Of a DNA stretch of 53,459 nucleotides, positions 45,644-53,459 are shown piece by piece. The notes beneath the pieces are model-generated. The model had not been told where the DNA came from and made no database searches. It saw nothing but the letters and a program-made list of their open reading frames with translations. Origin of the DNA: Deltaproteobacteria bacterium (GTDB taxonomy: Bacteria; Desulfobacterota; QYQD01); assembly GCA_007280345.1 (NCBI GenBank), contig QYQD01000190.1, positions 1-53,459 on the forward strand. Direction: 5' to 3'. Position numbers and translations under genes: made by a program. The stretch's first letter is position 1; the number at the start of each line of letters is the position of its first letter.

Positions 45644-46762
45644 ATGGCAGGTTATTCAGTTGATCCCGATGTTAAGTTTGTTAAGGAGATCCAGAAATTA
45701 GGCGGAGAGTCTCTGAAGAAGTGTTTCCAGTGCGCGACATGCTCGGTTATTTGTCCCCTGTCTTCAGACGAAAAGCCTTTCCCGCGCAAAGAGATGATCT
45801 GGGCGCAGTGGGGGCTGAAGGACAAACTGGTCAAAAATTGTGATATCTGGGCATGCCACCAGTGCGGTGATTGTTCGACCTATTGCCCGCGAGGGGCAAA
45901 GCCGGGCGATGTTATAGCGGCAGTGCGTGCTTACGCTATAAGGGAATATGCCTTTCCAAGATTTATGGGCGCCCTGGTCGGCGAGGGTAAGTATCTGCCG
46001 GTGATTCTGGCTATCCCTCTGGTGATAATCTTGCTGGTTCTTGCCGCTCTTGGGAATTTGAAGATCCCATCGGGCGAGATTGTTTATTCGAAATTCCTGC
46101 CGATTAAGTTTGTGGATTCCATATTTTTGCCCTTTGCCGGGCTGGCCATAATTGCTATGGGTATGGGGATAAGGAATTTTTGGAATGACATGGCTCCCAG
46201 CCGGTACAGGCATCTGGTTGGGCGGAACTTTTTAAGGTCGCTGGTGGAGACCATTGGTGAAATAGTAGGGCATGTGCGCTTTAAAAAGTGCGGGACAAAC
46301 GTAGGGCGTTTTACCGCCCACCTGGCTGTGTTTTATGGGTTTGTCGGCCTCTTTGTAACGACCAATATGGTTGTATTTTATGAATATATCCTGCACCGGG
46401 AGACGCCTTTACCGTTATATGATCCAGCCAAGATACTTGGGAATATCAGCGCCGTTATCCTCTTTATTGGTATCTCCCTGATGATAAGGAACAGGCTGGC
46501 GAACCCGGATCAAAGTAGTTCTTATTTTGACTGGTCGCTTATCCTCATGATATTCGGAGTAGTGACATCAGGGATACTCACGGAGCTTTTGCGGCTGGCA
46601 AACATTGCTAACATGGCTTATCCGATGTACGTTATTCACCTGATGTTTGTCTTCTATATCATAGGATACTTACCCTATTCCAAACTTGCGCATATGGTGT
46701 ACCGTACGGTAGCCCTGGCTTACAAAAGGCATGCAGAGACAAAATCGGAGCCTGTCAGGTAA
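45644..46762 (+). CDS. qmoC: Qmo subunit C (HdrC-like Fe-S domain fused to HdrE-like membrane cytochrome b)
   Basis: CFQCATCSVICP and CHQCGDCSTYCP, followed by about six TM helices. Confidence 0.9.
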   Translation: MAGYSVDPDVKFVKEIQKLGGESLKKCFQCATCSVICPLSSDEKPFPRKEMIWAQWGLKDKLVKNCDIWACHQCGDCSTYCPRGAKPGDVIAAVRAYAIREYAFPRFMGALVGEGKYLPVILAIPLVIILLVLAALGNLKIPSGEIVYSKFLPIKFVDSIFLPFAGLAIIAMGMGIRNFWNDMAPSRYRHLVGRNFLRSLVETIGEIVGHVRFKKCGTNVGRFTAHLAVFYGFVGLFVTTNMVVFYEYILHRETPLPLYDPAKILGNISAVILFIGISLMIRNRLANPDQSSSYFDWSLILMIFGVVTSGILTELLRLANIANMAYPMYVIHLMFVFYIIGYLPYSKLAHMVYRTVALAYKRHAETKSEPVR

Positions 46763-46786
46763 CAGTTTTTAGGTATATCAAATAAT

Positions 46787-46820
46787 AAAAACCCCGAGGG
46801 ATAAGTGCCGCGGGGTTTTT
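46787..46820. terminator. Bidirectional terminator between convergent qmoC and the YkgJ-like gene
   Basis: AAAAACCCCG ... CGGGGTTTTT: an A-tract and a T-tract flank a GC stem. Confidence 0.75.
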
Positions 46821-46853
46821 ATTATTCCCTGTTCTGTCCTAACCAGGATTAAA

Positions 46854-47726
46854 TTAAGGCGTAATCTTCGAAGCCGCTTGTCCGGCTTTTTTTCTCAAGT
46901 CCTGGACCTTGGCCTGCAATACCTCGTCTTTGAGCTTGACCGCCTCTGCCCCAAAAAGAGCGGACTTCAGCCAGTCAAACCCAAATTTCATCAGCTCTAA
47001 TTCATCCTTTTTTATTTTTGCTATGGTTTCATCGCTTATATTATATTTTTCTAAAAATGAGCTTTCAAAAACAAACCGCTTGAATCTATCAATATCTGAA
47101 TAGACCATAAAGAACATCTGGATAGCCTTCTTGCCAAGCTCAGCGGTCGGACCATAGGATTTTTTCCTGAGGATAATCTCCATCCAGCCCCTATTCTTTT
47201 CATCGTATATATCCACACCCTGGTCCTTTCTCCATTCTTCTACGGTCCATTCCTTGTCTTCCTGAAAACCGAGGCAATGGTTCTCCCGAACCATGAAATA
47301 AAAGTCCTCTTTCCTGACTCCCTCTTTGTTCTGCTCTTTACATGTGGTCATTCCTATAGGATAGTATCTGCAAGTTGAAGGGCGATCGGAATATATTGTA
47401 CAACCATCCGGGGTTACAAACGGACAGCGTCCGTCTTCCACATCCAGCATCTTTAAAGTAATTACCGGAAGCTGGGTATGACCGAGAAAATCAAGTTTGG
47501 TGTACTTTTGGAGAAACTCTTCTGAAGACATCTTGAGCCGGTTCTTGATACGAATGATGTCATAAGGCGGCAAGACTATATTGATACTATGGCAGCAAAG
47601 GGTAAAACATTTTACGCCCTTATGGCATCGGAATCTAAACCGGCTGTCAGGGTTATATTGGGTCGGTTCTATCATAGATTTTTCTGAAGAAGTTTGTCCT
47701 GTTTTTTGCTCTTCCATGTAATCCAC
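46854..47726 (-). CDS. YkgJ/UPF0153-like Cys-rich (putative Fe-S or Zn) protein
   Basis: CHKGVKCFTLCC cluster and GRCPFVTPDGCTIYSDRPSTCRYYP. 290 aa. Confidence 0.6.
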   Translation of the reverse strand: MDYMEEQKTGQTSSEKSMIEPTQYNPDSRFRFRCHKGVKCFTLCCHSINIVLPPYDIIRIKNRLKMSSEEFLQKYTKLDFLGHTQLPVITLKMLDVEDGRCPFVTPDGCTIYSDRPSTCRYYPIGMTTCKEQNKEGVRKEDFYFMVRENHCLGFQEDKEWTVEEWRKDQGVDIYDEKNRGWMEIILRKKSYGPTAELGKKAIQMFFMVYSDIDRFKRFVFESSFLEKYNISDETIAKIKKDELELMKFGFDWLKSALFGAEAVKLKDEVLQAKVQDLRKKAGQAASKITP

Positions 47727-47882
47727 CTTTTAAAAGACTGTTTACCCGCAAAAACTACCTTAATAATGGTTTAGTGTAAAGGATATTTTTCCCGGGATGG
47801 CTTTCTAGGTCTGGGCCTGGTAATAGCATGCGCCTCGGGTGGCTATATGCCTTTTTATGTCTATTTCGGGGCAGATTTTTTC

Positions 47883-47911
47883 TTGACAAATTAAAGTCCT
47901 GGCCATATAGT
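47883..47911 (+). promoter_or_regulatory. Putative Pmra promoter of the dcw cluster
   Basis: TTGACA (47883-47888), 17 nt, then TATAGT (47906-47911). Confidence 0.6.
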
Positions 47912-47948
47912 GGCGAAAAGGGGAGTAAAGTGGATTAAAGTGGTGTAA
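47909..47948 (+). promoter_or_regulatory. Four 10-nt phased AGKGG boxes (candidate MraZ operator)
   Basis: AGTGGCGAAA AGGGGAGTAA AGTGGATTAA AGTGGTGTAA. The array starts inside the -10 hexamer and ends about 25 nt before mraZ. Confidence 0.55.
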
Positions 47949-47973
47949 AATCTATTCCGGAGGCAGAAATAGT

Positions 47974-48414
47974 TTGTTTCGTGGCAGGTCAACACATACC
48001 CTGGACAGTAAGGGTCGCTTAATTATACCGGCGCGGTTTCGCGAGGTTCTCAGGGCCGGGTATGACGACCGACTTATTATAACCAATCTCCACCGCTGTT
48101 TAGTAGCCTACCCTTTTGAAGAGTGGCGGCTGATTGAGAATAAAACGGCTTCTCTATCTGCCATAGACGAAAATGTTAAGGCCTTTTTAAGGTTGTTTAT
48201 CTCCGGTGCTGTGGAATGCCCGCTGGATCGGCAGGGAAGGGTTCTTATCCCTCCCAGCCTTCGTGAATATGCGGGCCTGGATAAAGAGATTGTATTAGCC
48301 GGGATGCTTAAAAACTTTGAGATATGGGATAAGGCCCTATGGGATGAGGAGATCAATAAATCCCGGGAGAATTATCAGCAACTGAGTGCAACATTAGCCC
48401 AGATTGGGATTTAA
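47974..48414 (+). CDS. mraZ: Transcriptional regulator MraZ
   Basis: TTG start. MFRGRSTHTLDSKGRLIIPARFRE and a second DRQGRVLIPPSLRE repeat (two SpoVT/AbrB-like halves). Confidence 0.93.
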   Translation: MFRGRSTHTLDSKGRLIIPARFREVLRAGYDDRLIITNLHRCLVAYPFEEWRLIENKTASLSAIDENVKAFLRLFISGAVECPLDRQGRVLIPPSLREYAGLDKEIVLAGMLKNFEIWDKALWDEEINKSRENYQQLSATLAQIGI

Positions 48415-49348
48415 TTTTAACCCTGGAAAACCCGTGACCAGATGGCATGTACCCGTTATGCGCGAGGAAGTTCTTCATCATCTGGACTGTCATCCTGGCG
48501 GCATATATGTTGATGGGACCGTAGGTATGGGAGGCCACGCCGCGGCTATATTGGAAAGTATCAAACCTGATGGGATTTTGGTCGGTATTGACTGGGATGA
48601 GGACTCTCTGCATATAGCGCGTGGGCATTTAGCCCCCTTCGGCAACCGTGTTATCCTGGTAAAAGGGAATTTTGCCGACTTGCCGCTTATATCGCAAGAG
48701 CTGAGATTTGAAAAGGTTGACGGGGTATTACTGGATCTGGGCATTTCTTCTTATCATCTGGAGCAGAGCGGCCGTGGGTTCAGCTTTAAACAGGATGAAA
48801 TACTTGATATGCGCATAGACAAGCAAAATCCGTTGACCGCCCGCCATATTGTTAACCGTTTCCCTGAGAGAGAACTGGAGAAGATTATAAGGGAATACGG
48901 GGAAGAAAGATGGGCACGGAGGATTGCCAAGGTGATCGGCCGGCAGCGGGAAAGAGAGCCGCTTAATACCGCTGTACAACTGGCTTCGCTGGTTGCTTCG
49001 GCCATACCGCGTAAGTTTCATCCTGCCAATATTCATCCGGCCACACGTACCTTCCAGGCCTTGCGGATCGCGGTCAACCGGGAATTAGAGAATCTGGCCC
49101 GTGCGATACAGGGTGTTGTCAGTCTCCTCAAGCCGGGGGGGCGGCTCTGCATTATTTCCTTTCACTCCCTTGAGGATAGAATTGTCAAAAGAAAATTCCA
49201 GGAGATGGAACAGACCGGACTCCTGGGTGAACGGCCTGTGCTGCGTCGGATTACACGTAAACCCATTATTCCGTCACCTGAGGAATGTGCTGCTAACCCG
49301 CGGGCCCGCAGCGCTAAATTGAGGGTGGCGGAGCGACTCGCGGCTTAA
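48404..49348 (+). CDS. rsmH: 16S rRNA (cytosine1402-N4)-methyltransferase RsmH
   Basis: HVPVMREEVL, DGTVGMGGHA, GVLLDLGISSYHLE and ISFHSLEDRIVK. The start is uncertain (TTG 48404 or GTG 48434). Confidence 0.93.
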   Translation: MGFNFNPGKPVTRWHVPVMREEVLHHLDCHPGGIYVDGTVGMGGHAAAILESIKPDGILVGIDWDEDSLHIARGHLAPFGNRVILVKGNFADLPLISQELRFEKVDGVLLDLGISSYHLEQSGRGFSFKQDEILDMRIDKQNPLTARHIVNRFPERELEKIIREYGEERWARRIAKVIGRQREREPLNTAVQLASLVASAIPRKFHPANIHPATRTFQALRIAVNRELENLARAIQGVVSLLKPGGRLCIISFHSLEDRIVKRKFQEMEQTGLLGERPVLRRITRKPIIPSPEECAANPRARSAKLRVAERLAA

Positions 49349-49361
49349 AGGAGGAGTAAGC

Positions 49362-49715
49362 ATGTCTAATGTTTCCACCATTCGCTTGCCCAAAAGGGCG
49401 TTTATCGGAAACCTGACCGTCGGAAAGAAGGCTAAACACAAGACCGCCAAGTTATCCTTGCCCGGCGGAAAAATTGCCCTGGTGGGCGGCCTGGCGATAT
49501 GTCTCCTGTCACTTGTGGCATTAGGAAGCACGATTACAGAAAGCGAGTCACAGGGAATCGTTGCCGAGAAACAAAATAAGAAACTTTTAAGCGAAAATCA
49601 CAGCTTACAGCAGGAATGGAAATATCTAAAATCTCCGGCACGGATAGAACAATCGGCAAAACGTGAACTGGGATTACAACGTCCATCCAAAGAACAGCTT
49701 GTGATTATTAGATGA
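49362..49715 (+). CDS. ftsL: Cell division protein FtsL
   Basis: 117 aa with a single TM helix, then a leucine-zipper-like helix and the C-terminal IEQSAKRELGL motif. Lies between rsmH and ftsI. Confidence 0.8.
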   Translation: MSNVSTIRLPKRAFIGNLTVGKKAKHKTAKLSLPGGKIALVGGLAICLLSLVALGSTITESESQGIVAEKQNKKLLSENHSLQQEWKYLKSPARIEQSAKRELGLQRPSKEQLVIIR

Positions 49716-51643
49716 AAAGAGAAACCGGTAAGCGTAAGAATTATGCCCCCTATATTATTATCCTGGCGATCCTTATATCAGGGTCGGGCATTCTATTAGC
49801 CCGTGCCTTCCATGCAGATGAACAGGATAAAAAAAATCCGGGGCATGGCCACACTCCGGAACCTGCCTTATCCCTTGCCCCTTATCGAGGCGGCATTTTC
49901 GATCGGAGCTACAGGGAGCTGGCTGTAACTGCTACCGCCTACTCCGTTTATGCCCATCCTCTGGATGTTGACGATCCGGCCCAGACGGCGGCCGCCCTTT
50001 CCAACACACTCAGAATCAACGAAAAAGATCTACTCAAGATGCTCGAATGTGAGAAGGCTTTTGTCTGGATAGCCCATCGTGTGGCCTCCCATCAGGCAGA
50101 GACGATAAAGAATCTTAAGCTCAAGGGTATCCATTTTATTAATGAAAACTGCCGCCTCTATCCCCGGAACAGCCTGGCCGCTCAGATTATAGGCTTTGCC
50201 GATACGGATGGTCACGGCATAGAGGGATTAGAGTCAGCCTATGATGATCTCCTGTGCAGCACCCCTTTGTCGCTTCAGAAGAAATGCGACGAGTCAACCC
50301 GCTTGACATTCAATGGCGGGGTAACAGAGGTTAATGCCGGCAAGGGCAACAATATTATTCTGACTCTGGATAGCAACATTCAGGCCGTGGCGGAGAGGGG
50401 GTTTTGTCCGGCTCCGGCTAAAGATAATATAGTTAAAGCAGGCGCCGTTATTGTCATGGATATTAAGAGCGGGGCCGTATTGGCTATGGCCAATTATCCA
50501 TCTTACAATCTTAACACCTTCTGGGAGGCCAATGCCTCGCTGCGCAGGAATCGGGCCGTCACTGATATATATGAGCTGGGTGAGCTGGCCAGGTTTTTTG
50601 GAGCGGCGGCGGCCATTGAAGAGCAGACTTTAAGAGAAAAATCCAGTGTCCCGGCCATGCAAGGGCGTGATAATGAAACACACGTGTCGCATGGCGACAC
50701 AAAGGACAATGAAAAAAATCTCTCTGAATCTCCCCACACCCCTTCGCCGGAGTTTCTATATAATTTTCTTCTCAAGCTCGGATTTGGCAATAAGACAGGT
50801 ATCTGTCTGCCTGCCGAAAATAGCGGAACTTTGCCGCCTTATAGCCAATATAAGGGCGATATATCTGCATTTTACCAGGGTGAAGGGATTACGGTAACTC
50901 CCCTTCAGCTCATTACTGCCTTTGGGGCTATCTTAAACCACGGCGTGTTTATGCCGCCTCACGTGGTCTCAAAGGTAACCGACAGTGAAGGTAATTTAAT
51001 AAAAGAATATCAGTGCGCTCCGGCAAGGCAGGCATGCACGCCGGAGACATCTGAGAAAATAAGCGCCATCCTTAGAAATCAGCAAGGCAAAGAGGATAAA
51101 AACTTTATCTTGCTTACAGCTTGCAATCATGTCCGGCCCCCCGCCGGTCTTTCATCCCCGGATCATCCCTCTCTCGACAATTCTTCCAGGGTTGATTATA
51201 TTAAATACTTACTGGGGGGCGTGCCGGCTGATAATCCTAAGGTAGCCATACTGATGATAATCGAAGGAGCCCCGGGGGAAGAGGAATCAAGGACAAAAAT
51301 AGAACGCCGGATAAAAGATATAGCCTACGCCTCTCTTAGAGTATTAACCCGTCCCCGGCCAAAAGCGCTTAGTTCATATAGAGAAAAAAAAGACCGGGGT
51401 TACGCCGGAAGAGAGAATAAGGCTCAAAATAGCTGCAGGCAGGCTGCGGCCACGGCTACAAAGGCCATGGTTATGCCGAACGTACGGGGCAAATCCATGC
51501 GGGAAGCCCTGTATCTGCTCCAGGGATATGACGTCTCTCTGGTAGTCACCGGTTCCGGAGTTGCGGTTTGTCAATCACCGGCGCCGGGAACAAGGCTAAG
51601 AAAGAATTCTCGTTGTGTAATAGAATTTAAACCGTCTTCATAG
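49712..51643 (+). CDS. ftsI: FtsI/PBP3-like class B PBP homologue with substituted active-site motifs and a C-terminal PASTA domain
   Basis: The fold landmarks are conserved (RGGIFDR, YPRNSLAAQIIGF, VIVMDIKSGAVLAMANYPSYN, RNRAVTD, GEGITVTPLQL). However, SxxK reads ELAR (E291, R294), no SxN is present, and KTG reads LTA (468-470). The C-terminal PASTA-like segment is MPNVRGKSMREALYLLQGYDVSLVVTGSGVAVCQSPAPG. Confidence 0.8.
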   Translation: MKRETGKRKNYAPYIIILAILISGSGILLARAFHADEQDKKNPGHGHTPEPALSLAPYRGGIFDRSYRELAVTATAYSVYAHPLDVDDPAQTAAALSNTLRINEKDLLKMLECEKAFVWIAHRVASHQAETIKNLKLKGIHFINENCRLYPRNSLAAQIIGFADTDGHGIEGLESAYDDLLCSTPLSLQKKCDESTRLTFNGGVTEVNAGKGNNIILTLDSNIQAVAERGFCPAPAKDNIVKAGAVIVMDIKSGAVLAMANYPSYNLNTFWEANASLRRNRAVTDIYELGELARFFGAAAAIEEQTLREKSSVPAMQGRDNETHVSHGDTKDNEKNLSESPHTPSPEFLYNFLLKLGFGNKTGICLPAENSGTLPPYSQYKGDISAFYQGEGITVTPLQLITAFGAILNHGVFMPPHVVSKVTDSEGNLIKEYQCAPARQACTPETSEKISAILRNQQGKEDKNFILLTACNHVRPPAGLSSPDHPSLDNSSRVDYIKYLLGGVPADNPKVAILMIIEGAPGEEESRTKIERRIKDIAYASLRVLTRPRPKALSSYREKKDRGYAGRENKAQNSCRQAAATATKAMVMPNVRGKSMREALYLLQGYDVSLVVTGSGVAVCQSPAPGTRLRKNSRCVIEFKPSS

Positions 51644-51662
51644 AAGACAGGATTTTTAGGAT

Positions 51663-53195
51663 ATGCGACTACCCCAATTAATAGCCTCAATCGACAAAGA
51701 GCTTACGGAAGGCCTGCCGGATATTGAAATTGCCGATGTGGCCTATGACTCCCGGAAGGTAAGCCAGGGGAGCCTTTTTGTGGCTATTTCCGGATTAAAG
51801 GCCGATGGGCATGCTTATATCCATGATGCTATCAGGCGTGGGGCTAAGGCAGTGGTAGTACAAAACGGTTTTAAACTGAATTCCACACCTACCGGCTTAA
51901 GCATAATCAGGGTTCCCAATACCCGCCAGGCCCTGGCCTGCATCGCCAGCGCCTACTATGGAGACATAACAAGGAGATTGTGCCTTGTAGGTATTACCGG
52001 CACTAATGGTAAGACGACCACATCTTACCTGATAGAATCTGTTTTAAGGGCCGCGGGTCTTTCTACCGGGGTTATTGGAACGGTTAATTATCGCTTTGGA
52101 TGTGAGGTGCTGAAGGCGCCTTTCACCACACCTGAGTCCCTGGAGTTGCAAAAGCTTCTCCGCCGGATGGCTGATCAGAAGATAACGCACGTGGTTATGG
52201 AGGTGTCATCTCACGCCCTGGATCAGGAGAGGGTTGCGTCCTGCCGGTTTGATGTGGCGGTCTATACCAATTTATCGCGGGATCACCTGGATTATCATCA
52301 CGACCTGGAGAATTATTTTCGTTGCAAGGAAAGGCTTTTTACCACAATTTTGGAGGAGAGCAGAAGGGTAAAGCGACCTTGCTCAGTTATTAATATCGAC
52401 GATCCCTGGGGAAAGGAGTTGCTCAAGACCCAGCGGGACCTTCTTTTGACCTATGGACTAAGAGATCATGGGGCAGATATAACGGCACGGAACACATCTT
52501 TTACCCTGGATGGGATCGAGGCAGAGATAGTTACCCCAAAAGGGACCTTCGGCCTGCATTCAAAACTCCTGGGTGAGTACAACCTTTACAATATGCTGTC
52601 GGCCACAGGGGTAGGGCTGGCCCTGGGTCTTTCGTGCGAGGTTATAAAAAAAGGGATAGAGGCATTGAGCGCTGTGCCGGGACGCATGGATCGCATCGAG
52701 AATCCCTGTAAGGCCACGGTCTTAGTGGACTATGCCCATACTCCGGATGCCCTGGAAAAGGTCTTAAGCGCCGTACAGGCCCTTAATCCTAAAAGGCTTA
52801 TCAGTGTATTTGGTTGCGGCGGTAATCGCGACCAGGGCAAGAGGCCCATTATGGGGCGGATAGCCGGCCAATTCAGCCAGATAGTAATAATAACTTCAGA
52901 CAACCCTCGGGAGGAAGATCCTCTGGAGATTATCAGGCATATTGAAGAAGGAATAAAGGAATCTCCTTTGCGGCGAGTTGAGCCGGATAGCATCCTGGCT
53001 GGCCCGCCTGAGACGGGCTATGTCATTATGCCTGACCGACGTGAGGCTATCAGCCTGGCCTCGCGCGTGGCCCGGCCGGGAGATGCCATCGTCATTGCCG
53101 GCAAAGGCCATGAAGACTATCAGATCGTAAGAGGGAATATTTTATCCTTTGACGATCGGCTGGAGGTGAGGCATGCCTTTGGCAGTCTGTCTTGA
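51663..53195 (+). CDS. murE: UDP-N-acetylmuramoyl-L-alanyl-D-glutamate--2,6-diaminopimelate ligase
   Basis: GITGTNGKTTT P-loop, DNPR motif (TSDNPREEDP) and AGKGHEDYQ. Confidence 0.93.
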   Translation: MRLPQLIASIDKELTEGLPDIEIADVAYDSRKVSQGSLFVAISGLKADGHAYIHDAIRRGAKAVVVQNGFKLNSTPTGLSIIRVPNTRQALACIASAYYGDITRRLCLVGITGTNGKTTTSYLIESVLRAAGLSTGVIGTVNYRFGCEVLKAPFTTPESLELQKLLRRMADQKITHVVMEVSSHALDQERVASCRFDVAVYTNLSRDHLDYHHDLENYFRCKERLFTTILEESRRVKRPCSVINIDDPWGKELLKTQRDLLLTYGLRDHGADITARNTSFTLDGIEAEIVTPKGTFGLHSKLLGEYNLYNMLSATGVGLALGLSCEVIKKGIEALSAVPGRMDRIENPCKATVLVDYAHTPDALEKVLSAVQALNPKRLISVFGCGGNRDQGKRPIMGRIAGQFSQIVIITSDNPREEDPLEIIRHIEEGIKESPLRRVEPDSILAGPPETGYVIMPDRREAISLASRVARPGDAIVIAGKGHEDYQIVRGNILSFDDRLEVRHAFGSLS

Positions 53196-53208
53196 TACCG
53201 GGCGGGAT

Positions 53209-53459
53209 ATGAGAAGGCTAACCGCTTTAGATGTATTGTATGCTACAAAAGGGATGCTGCTCCAGGGCGGCACGGCCGTTTCTTTTGACCGTACGGCCAT
53301 AGATTCCCGCGCGGCAAAAGAAGGAGATCTTTTTCTATGCCTGAAGGGGGAACGTTTTGACGGCCATGACTTTGTGTCAGAAGCGTTAGCTAAAGGTGTA
53401 AGCGGTATTTTAGTCCGTAAAGGCTGGTGGTCTGAGCAGGTAGGCCGGAACCTTTTTAC
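53209..53459 (+). CDS. murF: UDP-N-acetylmuramoyl-tripeptide--D-alanyl-D-alanine ligase, N-terminal fragment (runs off the window)
   Basis: ATG at 53209. MRRLTALDVLYATKGMLLQGG...IDSRAAKEGDLFLCLKGERFDGHDFV is the typical MurF N-terminus. Follows murE. Confidence 0.85.
   Translation, partial: MRRLTALDVLYATKGMLLQGGTAVSFDRTAIDSRAAKEGDLFLCLKGERFDGHDFVSEALAKGVSGILVRKGWWSEQVGRNLF

Overview
By gene content this 53.5-kb chromosomal segment looks like a sulfate-reducing member of the Desulfobacterota (an inference, not a database result). Most of it is conserved housekeeping. In order it carries: mreB(partial)-mreC-mreD-mrdA-rodA; an F1Fo ATP synthase operon (b', b, delta, alpha, gamma, beta, epsilon); a GlmU N-domain-only gene, RNase R and trmJ; a minus-strand operon (LonC-like protease, small Cys protein, MlaE, MlaF-like, MlaD, TPR lipoprotein); aldolase, response regulator, CBS, USP and YhdN-like genes; two moeA paralogues and fdhD; the dissimilatory sulfate-reduction locus sat ... 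aprBA-qmoABC; and the start of the dcw cluster (mraZ-rsmH-ftsL-ftsI-murE-murF partial). No rRNA, tRNA or CRISPR array was recognised. The only clearly accessory stretch is about 26.4-30.7 kb. It holds an IS with a 6-bp target duplication, then two promoterless-looking ORFs (a cytoplasmic trypsin-like protease and a small 4-TM protein). Each ORF is bracketed by 10-bp inverted repeats that match integron attC core sites (GTTRRRY / RYYYAAC). A GC-rich structured non-coding block follows, carrying a 20-nt direct repeat, twin hairpins and a tiny Lys-rich ORF. The stretch ends with a decayed higB-type toxin next to an intact higA-type antitoxin. The strongest sequence-level surprises are three conserved-context proteins whose catalytic motifs are all substituted. 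These are the dcw-cluster FtsI homologue (SxxK, SxN and KTG all lost, PASTA retained), the MlaF-like ABC ATPase (Walker A, Q-loop, signature, Walker B and H-loop all lost), and a LonC-type protease with a Lys-less P-loop. Other observations are a family of about 130-165-bp MITE-like intergenic repeats, a REP doublet, an IS whose antisense and +1 frames are almost stop-free, three apparent 1-nt-deletion frameshifts, and extra genes embedded in the sat-apr-qmo locus. All calls rest on reading the sequence and ORF translations by eye; no searches were run.
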